A stretch of DNA of 64,000 nt from an uncultured Acidobacteriota bacterium. GTDB lineage: Bacteria; Acidobacteriota; Thermoanaerobaculia; UBA5066; Gp7-AA6. This document shows positions 8,601-17,157 of the stretch, piece after piece. The number at the start of each line of letters is the position of its first letter. Within the stretch, counting starts at the first letter, position 1. The stretch spans positions 778,270 through 842,269 of the forward strand of contig CAVTON010000001.1 in the NCBI GenBank assembly GCA_963736455.1, read 5' to 3'. The translations under genes and the position numbers were made by a program. The notes under the pieces were generated by a model. It was not told where the DNA came from and made no database searches. It saw nothing but the letters and a program-made list of their open reading frames with translations.

Positions 8601-10526
8601 CCGGGAATCGGCCGCAACCTCGAGCCGTCGGCGTCCGGGATCGACCAGGCGACGGTCTTCGGCCTGTTCTTCTTCCTCGCCCTGGCGTGGTGGCTGGCCG
8701 CCTCCTCCGAGAAGCTCGCGGCGCGCGGCCTGGGCCGCGGGCCCCGGTGGACGATCGGACTCGTCACGTCGGCCGCCCTCGCCGCACTGCTGTTCCTGCG
8801 CCCGAACGTCTTTCTCGGATGCGGCGTCGCGCTCTTCCTCGCCGCGTTCTTCCTGCTCGCCGAGGACCGCGACGATCGCCTCGCCCTCGGCTTCCTCGCG
8901 ACGGCCTTCTTCCTGGTTCTCTTCTGCCAGCGCCTCTACATCTACGACCGGATGAACACGTTCTTCAAGCTCTACCTCGAGGCCTGGCTTCTCTTCGCGA
9001 TCGGCACGGCCGTCCTCGTGTTCCGGCGCAACCGCCGCGGCATCCTGGACCGGTGGATCGTACCGGCGCGGGCGGCGGCGGTCCTGCTCGCCGCCGCGGC
9101 TCTCTTCACGAGCGCCACGGCCGGGCGAGCCGCCGTCAGCCGCCATTTCGCGCCGTACGGCGGACCGACGCTCGACGGCCTCCGTTATCTCGAGACGTTC
9201 CATCCCGGCGAGTCGCGCGCCGTGGCGTGGCTCCGGCGCAGCGTCGCCGGCACGCCGGTCATTCTCGAAGCGCAGGGTCCCTCCTACCAGGACTTCGCCC
9301 GCATCTCGATGCTGACGGGTCTGCCGACCGTCCTCGGATGGGACTACCACGTCAAGCAGCGCGGCAACGCCGAGTCCGAGATCGAGTCTCGCCGCCAGGC
9401 CGTCCGGGCCATGTACTCCGATCCGAACGCGGCCCGGATCGAGAGCCTCCTCGCGCGCTACCGCGTCGGCTACGTGTACGTCGGCTGGCTCGAGAAAAAG
9501 ACGTATCCGCCGGCCGGACTGCAGAAGTTCCGGACGGACCAGGAGCGATTCCAGAGCGTCTACGAGAACCCCGAGGCGCAGGTCTACCGCGTCGTCGGCG
9601 GACCGGCCCAGGACGTGCTCCTCCCGGCCAGGGAGGCGCTGCCGGAAACCTCGGCCGGCGCCCCCGCCCCGCCCGAGGACGAGCCCGAGGAGCGGCCCGC
9701 CATCCAGGCCGCCGCCGAGCCCGGCGCCGCGGCGTGGCCGAACCTGCACGAGCCTCGCGGCGCGGCCGTGGACGACCGCGGCCGGATCTGGATCGCGGAC
9801 TTCGGCCATTCGCGCCTGCGCGTCTTCGATCCCGATGGCGGCTTCCTCGGCGGATGGGGCGGCCGCGGCGCGGGCGAGTTCGGCTTCAAGGAGCTCTGCG
9901 GCGTCGCGATCCGGGGGGACGCGCTGTACGTCGCCGACACCTGGAACGGGCGCATCCAGGCCTTCACCGTCGAGGGGGTCCTGCGCGCCACGGCCGGCGA
10001 GCTCTACGGGCCCCGCGGAATCACGGTCGCCCCGGACGGCCGAGTCTGGGTCAGCGACACCGGCAACCACCGCGTGGTCTCCTTCGACGCGCTCCTCCAG
10101 GACCGGCACTCGTACGGACACAAGGGCGCCGGCCCGGGCGAATTCTCGAGCCCGACCGGCATCGCGGCCTCGCCATCCGGCGAGATCTACGTCGGAGACA
10201 CCGGGAATCGGAGGGTCCAGGTGCTCGGCGCGGACGGGACTCTCCGCGGCGCGTTCCCGTTCCCCGGTTGGGGCCCGAACGTCGAGCCGCACCTCGCGGT
10301 CGACGCGGACGGGACGCTGTGGGCCACGGACCCCGGAACGAACTCCGTCGTGGCGCTCGACTCCTCCGGCAAGCTCCTGCGCCGGATCGACGCCGACGCC
10401 GCCGGACAGAAGTTCTCGAATCCCACGGGTATCGCGATCGACAGGAAAAACCGTATCCTCTATGTCGTCAACTCCGGAAACGCTTCGGTTTCGAAGATTC
10501 CGCTCGGCGAGAGGAGGGCTTCTTGA
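5610..10526 (+). CDS. Giant 1638-aa membrane protein: N-terminal GT-C fold (PMT_2/GT39-like) glycosyltransferase module + DUF2298 'YYY' module + C-terminal NHL-repeat beta-propeller
   Basis: The N-terminus has a DE motif in the first loop (HLHPDERF) and PMT_2-like helices. The middle has LGYYTFGQEMVVF ... INEYPFWSLSFADLHAHVLAIPIF, paralogous to gene 375-2546. The C-terminus (about 9740-10520) has repeated NHL units (GRIWIADFGHSRLRVFDPDG; LYVADTWNGRIQAF; VWVSDTGNHRVVSF; IYVGDTGNRRVQVL). GTG start at 5610 (ATG alternative at 5622). Confidence 0.75.
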   Translation: MPNRMSRDRARAILFLLLAAGAVLRFQGLNWDDGHHLHPDERFISMVEEKLAFPKSAAEYFDAKRSTLDPYNRGEGSFVYGTLPIVVAKVIAPLFGRRGYDGTYLIGRGLSALFDLFTVWLVYRMARRFAHRRASLVAAALSAFCVLGIQLSHFWAVDTFLTTFTAAALLGSVRIAQRKAGWGGWALTGAAIGLAVACKITALALLLPLGVAALAGALREKDGFGAGFLRAVPRVLLALGAAAATIRVFLPHIFLGPSPLSFRLDPRWIEDLRRLKALTSSVAGFPPALQWAGRTVLFPIENLVLWGAGVFFGVTALVALAWASAAVWRRRAWDLAPLCAYVLFLFAYHGLTLVKSIRYLYPAYPALAVLAGVLLSRWIESARRPRLARATALAVVGGTALWAFAFTAIYRRPQSRVTATRWIYAHVPPRERIVNESWDDGLPLPMPGYDPGVYSGPPQLPLFDPDSREKAEILVRSLAETDWVAVTSNRVYANVTRVPDVFPMSIAYYRALFDGSLGFDRAADFTSYPSLGPLRFPDDRAEEQFTVYDHPRVLLFHKTARFSKEAARRLLLSAIPRTPPTMNEWEKWPRSLRRVSAPVRPDHRPEAESSAPSVEPGETAGSSLYAAAAWYLALALVGLLAWPIVWTLFPRLGDRGFGLSRLLGLVFTTYAMTVAVTFHALGNGRRAALGCLAVLAIVSAWIGLRERYDLARFLRENRRALLQSEIVFAVGFLLFLGLRALNPEIYWGEKPMDFSILNILVRTRSLPASDPWLAGAPLGYYTFGQEMVVFLTFLTNLSTRFTFNLAFGFLGGTILQGAYSLARNWGGRLRAGIAGAGLTLLLGNLSGLREWLIHKRALDWDYFWATSRVVKDTINEYPFWSLSFADLHAHVLAIPIFLAFATAALHLVRLHMAPATGTRPRLVAAALLGFLGAAQALTNAWDVPLLAGLLAVTALAAALAAQRFTVAGVGRALGALAISAASGYLLARPLWVRAGGAPGIGRNLEPSASGIDQATVFGLFFFLALAWWLAASSEKLAARGLGRGPRWTIGLVTSAALAALLFLRPNVFLGCGVALFLAAFFLLAEDRDDRLALGFLATAFFLVLFCQRLYIYDRMNTFFKLYLEAWLLFAIGTAVLVFRRNRRGILDRWIVPARAAAVLLAAAALFTSATAGRAAVSRHFAPYGGPTLDGLRYLETFHPGESRAVAWLRRSVAGTPVILEAQGPSYQDFARISMLTGLPTVLGWDYHVKQRGNAESEIESRRQAVRAMYSDPNAARIESLLARYRVGYVYVGWLEKKTYPPAGLQKFRTDQERFQSVYENPEAQVYRVVGGPAQDVLLPAREALPETSAGAPAPPEDEPEERPAIQAAAEPGAAAWPNLHEPRGAAVDDRGRIWIADFGHSRLRVFDPDGGFLGGWGGRGAGEFGFKELCGVAIRGDALYVADTWNGRIQAFTVEGVLRATAGELYGPRGITVAPDGRVWVSDTGNHRVVSFDALLQDRHSYGHKGAGPGEFSSPTGIAASPSGEIYVGDTGNRRVQVLGADGTLRGAFPFPGWGPNVEPHLAVDADGTLWATDPGTNSVVALDSSGKLLRRIDADAAGQKFSNPTGIAIDRKNRILYVVNSGNASVSKIPLGERRAS

Positions 10527-13216
10527 GCGAACCCGCGGCGGCGGCCTCGGACCCTGCACGGCTGTCGGCCCGGGTCCTCCTGTTCATCGCGACGCTGGCC
10601 GTCGCCGCCGCCCTCACGCGCTTCTGGGCGCTCGGGGACCGGCCGCTTCACCACGACGAGTCGATCCATGCCTACCAGTCGTACACGCTCTCGAAGGGCG
10701 GCGACTGGCGCTACGACCCGGCCTACCACGGTCCGTTCCTCTACTACCTCAACGCCCTCGTCTACAAGATTGCGGGCGCCTCGAACGTCACGGCGAGAAC
10801 GATGCCGGCCATCTTCGGCCTGATCCTGATCGCGTTCGCGTGGCCCCTGAGGCGGTGGATCGGGAACGGCGCGGCGGCCGTCTATGCCGTCTTCGTCCTG
10901 CTCTCGCCCCACTTTGCCTACTTCTCGCGCTTCATCCGGGAGGACCTCTATTCGCTCGTGTTCACTCTCGGCACGATCGTCGCCTTCCAGCGGTTCCTCG
11001 AAACGGACCGCTCGAAGTGGCTGATGCTCTCGGCCACGGCGTTCGCGTTCGCCGGCGTGACCAAGGAGAACGCCTACATGACGGGCGTTCTCTTCGTCGT
11101 CTACGGCGTGTGGTGCGCCCTCCGCGGCGCGGGCACCGCGGAAGGACCCCGCCCGGGCCAGGCCGTGGGACGGGCGCTATCGTGGGTGCTGGAGCGGATC
11201 GTCCCGATTCTTTCGGCGGCGCTGCTCTTCCTGGTCATCTGGGCTGGCATGTACTCGGCCTTCGGGAAGTACCCGGGCGACTGGCTCGCGATTCCGAAGG
11301 CGATCAAGTACTGGATGGGCCAGCACTCGATCGCCCGGATCCCCGGTCCCTGGTACTACTACTTCCCGCAGCTCTTCTTCTACGACACGGCGATCGTCTT
11401 CGCCGCCCTCTTCGCATTCTCGCGGCGCCAGTGGAAGACGGATCCGTTCCTGCGCGTGCTCGCGCGCTCGGCGGGGCCGATCGTCGCGTACCTCGTCCTG
11501 CGCCGGTTCGTTCCGGTGTTCGCGCCCCGTGCGATGGTCTGGATTGCGGTCATCGTCGTCGCCACCCTGATCCTGACACTGCGGCGCCCGAGCGCCGAGC
11601 CCGGCGGCCTGACGCCCTTCGTGCAGTTCATCGCCTTCTGGACCGTGGGCTCGCTCGCGATCTATGGCTGGGCCCGCGAGAAGGTGCCCTGGCTCACGGT
11701 CCACCCGCTGCTTCCCCTGACCATGCTCGCCGGGCTCGGCGTCGTCCGGCTCTGGTCGCAGCGCCGGCGCGCCTGGGCCGCGATCGCCCTCGCCGTCACC
11801 ATGCTCTTCGCCGTGGTCAACACGCGCGGGGCGTATCTGGCCTGCTTCCGGTACGGCGCGCACGACGTCGAGAAAGAGCCCGGGCACGCCGAGCTGCTCG
11901 CCTACGTTCAGACGACGAGGGACCTCGTCCGCGCGCTCCGGTCGGTCGAGATCGCGAAGGCGCGCATCCCCGCCGGTCAGCCGGTCGTGACCGTCGTCGG
12001 CGAGGCCGTGTGGCCGCTGACCTGGTACCTGAGGGACGACAACGTCACGTGGGCCTCGCGCATCGATCAGGCCTCGACACCCGTCATCATCGCCGACTGG
12101 GACCCGGAAGGGACGCTCGAAAAGCAGCTCGCGCCCAAGTACGACGCCAAACGGGTGCCGATCCGAGCCTGGTGGTTCCCGGACCCGCTCAAGGAGGGAA
12201 ACCTCGAGCGCCCCACGGTCGGCGACTGGCTGAGGCTATGGTGGGACCACCAGATCTGGGGAACGATCGGTTCCCAGGACGCGACGTTCTTCGTCCGCAA
12301 GGACCTCGCGGGCTCGGGTCCTCTCGAGCCGCTCCAGTTGACCGTGCAGGACACGTCCTCGCGCGACTACCCGGGCGAGGCGACGGAGCTGCCCGCGCCG
12401 CGTTCGATCGGGGTGGCGGGCAACGGACCGGCCCAGTTCGCGGAGCCGCGCGGCGTGGCGACGGACCCGAGCGGCAACGTCTACGTCGCCGACACGAAGA
12501 ACAGCCGCATCGAAGTCCTGGACGCCGCCGGCAACTTCCTGCGCGCGTTCGGGACGAAGGGCCCCGGTGACGGCCAGCTGAACGAGCCGTGCGGCGTCGC
12601 CGTCGGCCCCAATGGCGACGTCTACGTGGCCGACACGTGGAACCATCGCGTCGCGCGCTTCGGACCGGACGGGCAGTGGCGGGGCGCATGGGTCGATCCC
12701 GAGCGGGGCTTCTTCGGCCCGCGCGGCCTCACGCTCTCCGGCGGCTCGCTCTACGTCTCGGACACCGGAAACAAACGCATCGTCCGCTTCGACACCGCGA
12801 CGGGATCGGTGACCGGCCGCTGGGGCGGCGCCGGCTCCGGGCCGAGCCAGTTCGTCGAGCCCGTCGGTCTCGCGGCGGACCCGTCCGGCCGCATCTACGT
12901 CGCCGACACCGGAAACCACCGGATCCAGGTCTTCGACGCGGACGGCAAGTTCCTTCGCCAGTTCCCGGTCTTCGGCTGGAAAGACTTCTACACCGAGCCG
13001 TACCTCACGATCGGGCCATCCGACGCCGTGTTCGCGACCGACTCCTGGAAGGGGCGGATCGCGCAGTACGACGCGTCGGGGGCGCTCGTCCGCTCCTACA
13101 AGGCGGACGGACTGAAGCGTCCGACCGGGATCACGCGGGACGCCTTCGGACACGTGATCGTCACCGACCGCGACATGAACCGCGTCTTCATCTGGCCGAT
13201 CGACGCGTTTCGCTAA
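10523..13216 (+). CDS. TIGR03663-like GT-C fold (PMT_2 family) membrane glycosyltransferase fused to a C-terminal six-bladed NHL-repeat domain
   Basis: The only start downstream of the in-frame stop (TGA 9832-9834) is TTG at 10523, preceded by GGAGG and overlapping the upstream stop (TTGA). HHDESIHAYQSYTLSKGGDWRYDPAYHGPFLYY has the GT-C DE motif. From about 12440 there are NHL repeats (NVYVADTKNSRIEVLD; VYVADTWNHRVARF; LYVSDTGNKRIVRF; IYVADTGNHRIQVF). The upstream part of the 2850-aa ORF (4664-10522) is an alternative-frame artefact. Confidence 0.75.
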   Translation: MSEPAAAASDPARLSARVLLFIATLAVAAALTRFWALGDRPLHHDESIHAYQSYTLSKGGDWRYDPAYHGPFLYYLNALVYKIAGASNVTARTMPAIFGLILIAFAWPLRRWIGNGAAAVYAVFVLLSPHFAYFSRFIREDLYSLVFTLGTIVAFQRFLETDRSKWLMLSATAFAFAGVTKENAYMTGVLFVVYGVWCALRGAGTAEGPRPGQAVGRALSWVLERIVPILSAALLFLVIWAGMYSAFGKYPGDWLAIPKAIKYWMGQHSIARIPGPWYYYFPQLFFYDTAIVFAALFAFSRRQWKTDPFLRVLARSAGPIVAYLVLRRFVPVFAPRAMVWIAVIVVATLILTLRRPSAEPGGLTPFVQFIAFWTVGSLAIYGWAREKVPWLTVHPLLPLTMLAGLGVVRLWSQRRRAWAAIALAVTMLFAVVNTRGAYLACFRYGAHDVEKEPGHAELLAYVQTTRDLVRALRSVEIAKARIPAGQPVVTVVGEAVWPLTWYLRDDNVTWASRIDQASTPVIIADWDPEGTLEKQLAPKYDAKRVPIRAWWFPDPLKEGNLERPTVGDWLRLWWDHQIWGTIGSQDATFFVRKDLAGSGPLEPLQLTVQDTSSRDYPGEATELPAPRSIGVAGNGPAQFAEPRGVATDPSGNVYVADTKNSRIEVLDAAGNFLRAFGTKGPGDGQLNEPCGVAVGPNGDVYVADTWNHRVARFGPDGQWRGAWVDPERGFFGPRGLTLSGGSLYVSDTGNKRIVRFDTATGSVTGRWGGAGSGPSQFVEPVGLAADPSGRIYVADTGNHRIQVFDADGKFLRQFPVFGWKDFYTEPYLTIGPSDAVFATDSWKGRIAQYDASGALVRSYKADGLKRPTGITRDAFGHVIVTDRDMNRVFIWPIDAFR

Positions 13217-13223
13217 AGGCGCG

Positions 13224-15458
13224 ATGTCGAGCGTCCGCCGTTCCGACCCTGCCGCCGTAGATCCGCACCACTGGGCGTTGCTCGCCGCGACCGCGCTCCT
13301 CGCGTCCGTCGGTCCGGCGATCGTGGTCGCGGACCGCTGGTTCTCCCGGCGCAACACCGTCACGTTCCTGACCGCATTCGCGGATCGCTTCCCGTGGCTC
13401 GCCGACATCAACCTCCCTGTCTACGCGGCCGTCTTCGCGGCGGCGTTCGTGATTCTCGTCGCGCTGGCGGGACTTCGCCCTTCGGCGGGCCTTTCCGCCT
13501 GGAGGAACCGGATCGCCTTCGCCGAACGGCCGCGGCGCCCGAGTGCCCGCGGCCGCCAGCGGTCGCTGGCGACCTGGGTGGCCCTGTGCGGAGGAGCGGC
13601 AGCCACGCTGCTCTTCGCCCGCGTCGTGGTCGCGGGACGGATCCCCGGTCCGGGTCTCCTCACGGCGCTCGCGGCCCTCGGATTCGGCATGCTGCTGCGC
13701 GAGGTCTCGCTCGGCGCCCTCCGCCGTTTGTGGAACCGCAAGCGCGCCAATGTCGTCTCCATCGTCGCCGCCCACGTCACCACCATCCTCGCCTTCGCGA
13801 GCGTCCACACGTATCACCGCTTCGAGCGGCCGCTGATCGCCCTCGCCGTCCTGGCCGCCGCGAATCTCGCGGCACGCTGGAAGAAGACGGGACCCATCCC
13901 GCTGCTCGTTCTGGCCGCCGTCGTCCTCTATCTGTGGCGAATCGATTCCTGGTGGTTTGCGCTCGTGGGCGACGAGTACCGCAACTTCGACATCGCCTCG
14001 CTGATCCTGAAGCAGCACGACCGCGCCTACGTGCTTTCGCACCTCTTCCAGCTCGAAGGCGGACTCGAAGGCCTCGACCCCTACGCCTGTTCCCTCGTGC
14101 AGGCGGCCTCGATGCGACTGCTCGGCGTCAACAGCTTCGGCTGGAGGTTCAGCAGCCTCTACTGCGCGGCCCTGGCGCTGCCTTTCTTCTTCCGCTTCCT
14201 GCGGACCTTTCTCTCGCGGCGCGCGACGCTCGCGACGACCGTCGTGATGGCCGCGTCGCACTACATCATCGCCTTCGGCAAGATCGGCTACGACAAGTTC
14301 CAGGCGTATCTCGCCATGGCAATGCTCCTCGCCGCGGCGGCGTGCGCCGTGCGGACGCGCCGCATGATCGCCTTCGTGGGACTGGGATTCTCGGCGGCCC
14401 TCTGCTTCTACGTCTATCCCGCGGCGCTCTACGTCCTCCCGCTGCCCGCCTTTCTCCTGCTTCTCTACGTCCCCCCGAAGAGCCGCGCGGCGCTGGCCCG
14501 ATGGGGGATGGCGGGCCTCGTCTGCGCGCTGACGATCTTCCCTCTCCCCTTCCAGCCGACCTATTTCCCCGGCAAGAGGCCCGGCACCGTCTACTACAAC
14601 CCCGAGCTCATGAGCTCGACGAGCCGGCTCGTCCGCCATTTCTGGTCGAACGGCGTCTACGCCGCCTATTCGCCGGTCCTCCTCGGCTCCGAGGACCACT
14701 TCGTCACCAGCTCCTACCTCGACCCGCTGGCGGGGGCCCTCTTTCTCGTCGGAATCGCCTCGGCGCTCTGGCTCGTCCGGCGGGACCGCTTCGTCGCGTT
14801 TCTCGTCGTCAGCCTCGGATTCCTGCTGCTGCTCGGCGGCACGACGCACGACCGCGAATACCCGCCCACGACGCGTTTCTTCCTGCTGGTGCCCCTCTTC
14901 TGCATGATCGCGACCGCCGGGCTGTGGCGCCTCTTCGGACTGGCCGGCGAGAGCCGCTTCTCGACTCGGGCGCCCCGCGTCGCCCTGGCCGTGGTCCTTC
15001 TCGCCATCGTGACCCTCAACGTCGTCCAGGCCCATGTCGTGTCGGTCCGGCGCAGCGACGGCTACCAGGTCCTCGATCCCCTCGTGGTCCGTCTCGCGAC
15101 GCGCGCCGAAACCCTGCCTCCGGGACAACGGCCCCGGCTCGTCATGCTGGCGCCGGCCGCCACCGACGGCGACGGCATCGTCGTGATGCTCGGCGTCTAC
15201 GATCTGAAGGAGTCGGCCAGGCGGTTCGCGACCGTCGGGCTCGGCGCCGATGACTCGGGATTCCCCGAGCCGGCTCTCCTTTCGGAGCGGGACGCGGCGA
15301 TCTTCGTGGCTCCGCAGGTCCCCGCGCGGGCCCGGGCGCGCCTCGAGGGCGCGCTCGGTGCGGCCGGACGGGTCCCCTGCGCCGTGCGCACGACGACGGG
15401 CCAGGAGCGCTTCCGGCTCTGGACGTTTCCGGGCACGCCTTCGCTCTGCGCGGACTGA
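13224..15458 (+). CDS. Polytopic membrane protein, probable GT-C fold glycosyltransferase (ArnT/PMT_2-like)
   Basis: 744 aa with more than 10 predicted TM helices and an early-loop VGDEYRNF motif; last gene of the plus-strand island, 8 nt after the previous stop. Family assignment is by motif resemblance only. Confidence 0.55.
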   Translation: MSSVRRSDPAAVDPHHWALLAATALLASVGPAIVVADRWFSRRNTVTFLTAFADRFPWLADINLPVYAAVFAAAFVILVALAGLRPSAGLSAWRNRIAFAERPRRPSARGRQRSLATWVALCGGAAATLLFARVVVAGRIPGPGLLTALAALGFGMLLREVSLGALRRLWNRKRANVVSIVAAHVTTILAFASVHTYHRFERPLIALAVLAAANLAARWKKTGPIPLLVLAAVVLYLWRIDSWWFALVGDEYRNFDIASLILKQHDRAYVLSHLFQLEGGLEGLDPYACSLVQAASMRLLGVNSFGWRFSSLYCAALALPFFFRFLRTFLSRRATLATTVVMAASHYIIAFGKIGYDKFQAYLAMAMLLAAAACAVRTRRMIAFVGLGFSAALCFYVYPAALYVLPLPAFLLLLYVPPKSRAALARWGMAGLVCALTIFPLPFQPTYFPGKRPGTVYYNPELMSSTSRLVRHFWSNGVYAAYSPVLLGSEDHFVTSSYLDPLAGALFLVGIASALWLVRRDRFVAFLVVSLGFLLLLGGTTHDREYPPTTRFFLLVPLFCMIATAGLWRLFGLAGESRFSTRAPRVALAVVLLAIVTLNVVQAHVVSVRRSDGYQVLDPLVVRLATRAETLPPGQRPRLVMLAPAATDGDGIVVMLGVYDLKESARRFATVGLGADDSGFPEPALLSERDAAIFVAPQVPARARARLEGALGAAGRVPCAVRTTTGQERFRLWTFPGTPSLCAD

Positions 15459-15495
15459 CGCGCCGCCCGGGCCGGCTCCGCCCTTGCCGGGAGCG

Positions 15496-16065
15496 CTACA
15501 GGAACTTCAGCGTGCGAACGTGAATGTGACCGTCGCCGCCGGCCGGATTCCCGATCTCGACGCGGACCTTCTGGACAGGACCGGAGAGTCCCGGGAATTC
15601 GAGCTTGACGGTCGGATCCGGAGGCAGCGCGTGAAAGACCTGCGAGAAGGTCTTTTCCCCTCCCGCCGCAAGCGTCACCACGCACCTCAGGTCGATGTCC
15701 ATCGTGGCGGTCGTCACCTCGATGCCCTTGAGCATCCGGGGCTTCGAAAAAGTGAAAACGTACACGGCCGGATTGGCCTTCGTCGTGCGGGCGAGAGTGT
15801 CCAGCTTGTCGTCGAACAGATCCTGGACGCGCCCGATGTCGAGCGCGGAGTGCTCGACGGTCACGCTCTGACCGTCGATGTCCATGACGTCGCGGACCAT
15901 GCCCGCCGGGCTCCCTTCCCCGGATGCCGTAGGCACGGGGGCCGGAGCGGCCGAGGAGGCCGGCGCCGCGGACTCGCCCTTGCGACATCCCGGAAGGCTC
16001 AGCGCCAGTGCGACAACCGTCAGAGCGCCGCGCGCGAGCACACCGGTGCGGGTGTTCATCCTCAA
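15496..16065 (-). CDS. Lipoprotein, hypothetical
   Basis: Signal peptide with lipobox (ALALSLPGC); 189 aa; no recognisable domain. Confidence 0.55.
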   Translation of the reverse strand: MRMNTRTGVLARGALTVVALALSLPGCRKGESAAPASSAAPAPVPTASGEGSPAGMVRDVMDIDGQSVTVEHSALDIGRVQDLFDDKLDTLARTTKANPAVYVFTFSKPRMLKGIEVTTATMDIDLRCVVTLAAGGEKTFSQVFHALPPDPTVKLEFPGLSGPVQKVRVEIGNPAGGDGHIHVRTLKFL

Positions 16066-16210
16066 CTCCTTACGTATTGTCCATCTCGGGACCCTATTCT
16101 AGCCGACCCGCGAAGGACCGGATTTCGCTCGGAGAGCCCGAGGCAGCCGACGTGAGGCTCCGGAGCTGACTTCCGCGCCGCGCCGGAGCCGCACGGCAAC
16201 CCAGACGAAA

Positions 16211-16232
16211 CGGCCGGCCCGAAGGCCGGCCG
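16211..16232 (-). terminator. GC-rich hairpin terminator downstream of the SLH-like gene 16255-17037
   Basis: CGGCCGGCC-CGAA-GGCCGGCCG perfect stem-loop; on the minus strand it is followed by GTTTCGTCT. The 29-nt element gaaacggccggcccgaaggccggccgcga is repeated at 17105-17133. Confidence 0.5.
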
Positions 16233-16254
16233 CGAGGTGGGTCGGGAAATCCGA

Positions 16255-17037
16255 TCAGTCCGGCCAGTAGAGCCCGAGCGCCTTGGCGAGAAAGATCGCC
16301 ATCTGCCGGCGATTGACGGGGTTGTCCGGACAGTAGTTCCCGCCGCCGCAGCCGCCCGTGATTCCCGAGGCGGCGAGCGCCTCGATGTACTGGTACCCGA
16401 AGTCGGTCGTCGGCACGTCGCCGAACGTCGGCGTGGCCGGCGCCGGGCTGACGACGGTGTGCCACCAGACCTCGACGGAGCCGAAGTTGACGGAGCCGTC
16501 CACCGGCGCGCCGTCCTGCTCGTAGACGTCGAGCTGGAGGCTCGTGGCCGCGTTCGTCAAGAGCTGGTATCCCAGGGTGCTCGGGCTGTAATCCATGGCG
16601 CAGGGCGTGGTCGGGCCATGGGCGGAACTGACGAAGTCCTCGACCGTCACGTACGTCGAGCCGTCGGCCGGCTGGAAGTAGACCGCCACGCCGAGGTTCG
16701 CCCCCGCCTGATCGCAGGAACCCAGGCCGATCTGATCGATGACGGCGCCCGCAGGAAGAATGAGCGGCGCCGTGTTGTCGGCCGGGATCGCCAGGTCATA
16801 GCGAAAGAACGTATCCACATCCGAGGAGTAGCCCACTCCCGAGTCGATCGGGACAAAGCCGACGGACGAGACGGTCGACACGTTGGTCGTTCCGCCGAAC
16901 CCCGCAGGGCCCGCCGCCCTCGCACTCGGCTTTTGACGGACGCCGATCCGGCTGTGGACATGGGTCCGATGAGAGGCGCCGAGAGCGACGCCCGAGAGCA
17001 GAAGGGAGACCCCGACCGCCAGAATCTTTTTGGACAC
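16255..17037 (-). CDS. Secreted protein with C-terminal SLH-like (S-layer homology-like) domain
   Basis: Signal peptide. The C-terminus TPTFGDVPTTDFGYQYIEALAASGITGGCGGGNYCPDNPVNRRQMAIFLAKALGL fits the SLH pattern (F-DV...I..L...GI..G...P...VTR.Q.A.FL). It is a paralog of 17158-17955. Confidence 0.6.
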   Translation of the reverse strand: MSKKILAVGVSLLLSGVALGASHRTHVHSRIGVRQKPSARAAGPAGFGGTTNVSTVSSVGFVPIDSGVGYSSDVDTFFRYDLAIPADNTAPLILPAGAVIDQIGLGSCDQAGANLGVAVYFQPADGSTYVTVEDFVSSAHGPTTPCAMDYSPSTLGYQLLTNAATSLQLDVYEQDGAPVDGSVNFGSVEVWWHTVVSPAPATPTFGDVPTTDFGYQYIEALAASGITGGCGGGNYCPDNPVNRRQMAIFLAKALGLYWPD

Positions 17038-17109
17038 GAGTACCTCCTTGATGCACCGGATTCTATGCCCGGAGGCACTCTCCCTTCGACGGACAGGCTG
17101 AAAATGAAA

Positions 17110-17131
17110 CGGCCGGCCCGAAGGCCGGCCG
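17110..17131 (-). terminator. GC-rich hairpin terminator downstream of the SLH-like gene 17158-17955
   Basis: Identical CGGCCGGCCCGAAGGCCGGCCG hairpin, followed on the minus strand by GTTTCATTTTCAG (T-rich). Confidence 0.55.
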
Positions 17132-17157
17132 CGAAAGAATCGATTAGTGGATTTCGC

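Noticed and set aside
5946-10559. 1537-aa minus-strand ORF (plus 9835-12570 +, 13188-15128 -, 13394-15253 +)
   Set aside because: Antisense or alternative frames of the GT-C genes; Arg/Glu/Asp-rich, no motifs.
4664-13216. 2850-aa plus-strand ORF
   Set aside because: The frame stays open across the epimerase and the 1638-aa gene but yields Arg/Pro/Gly-rich junk until 10523. Only 10523-13216 (TIGR03663-like + NHL) is meaningful.
15250-16155. 301-aa plus-strand ORF overlapping the lipoprotein gene
   Set aside because: Arg/Ser-rich with no motifs; the opposite-strand lipoprotein (15496-16065) has a canonical signal peptide and lipobox.
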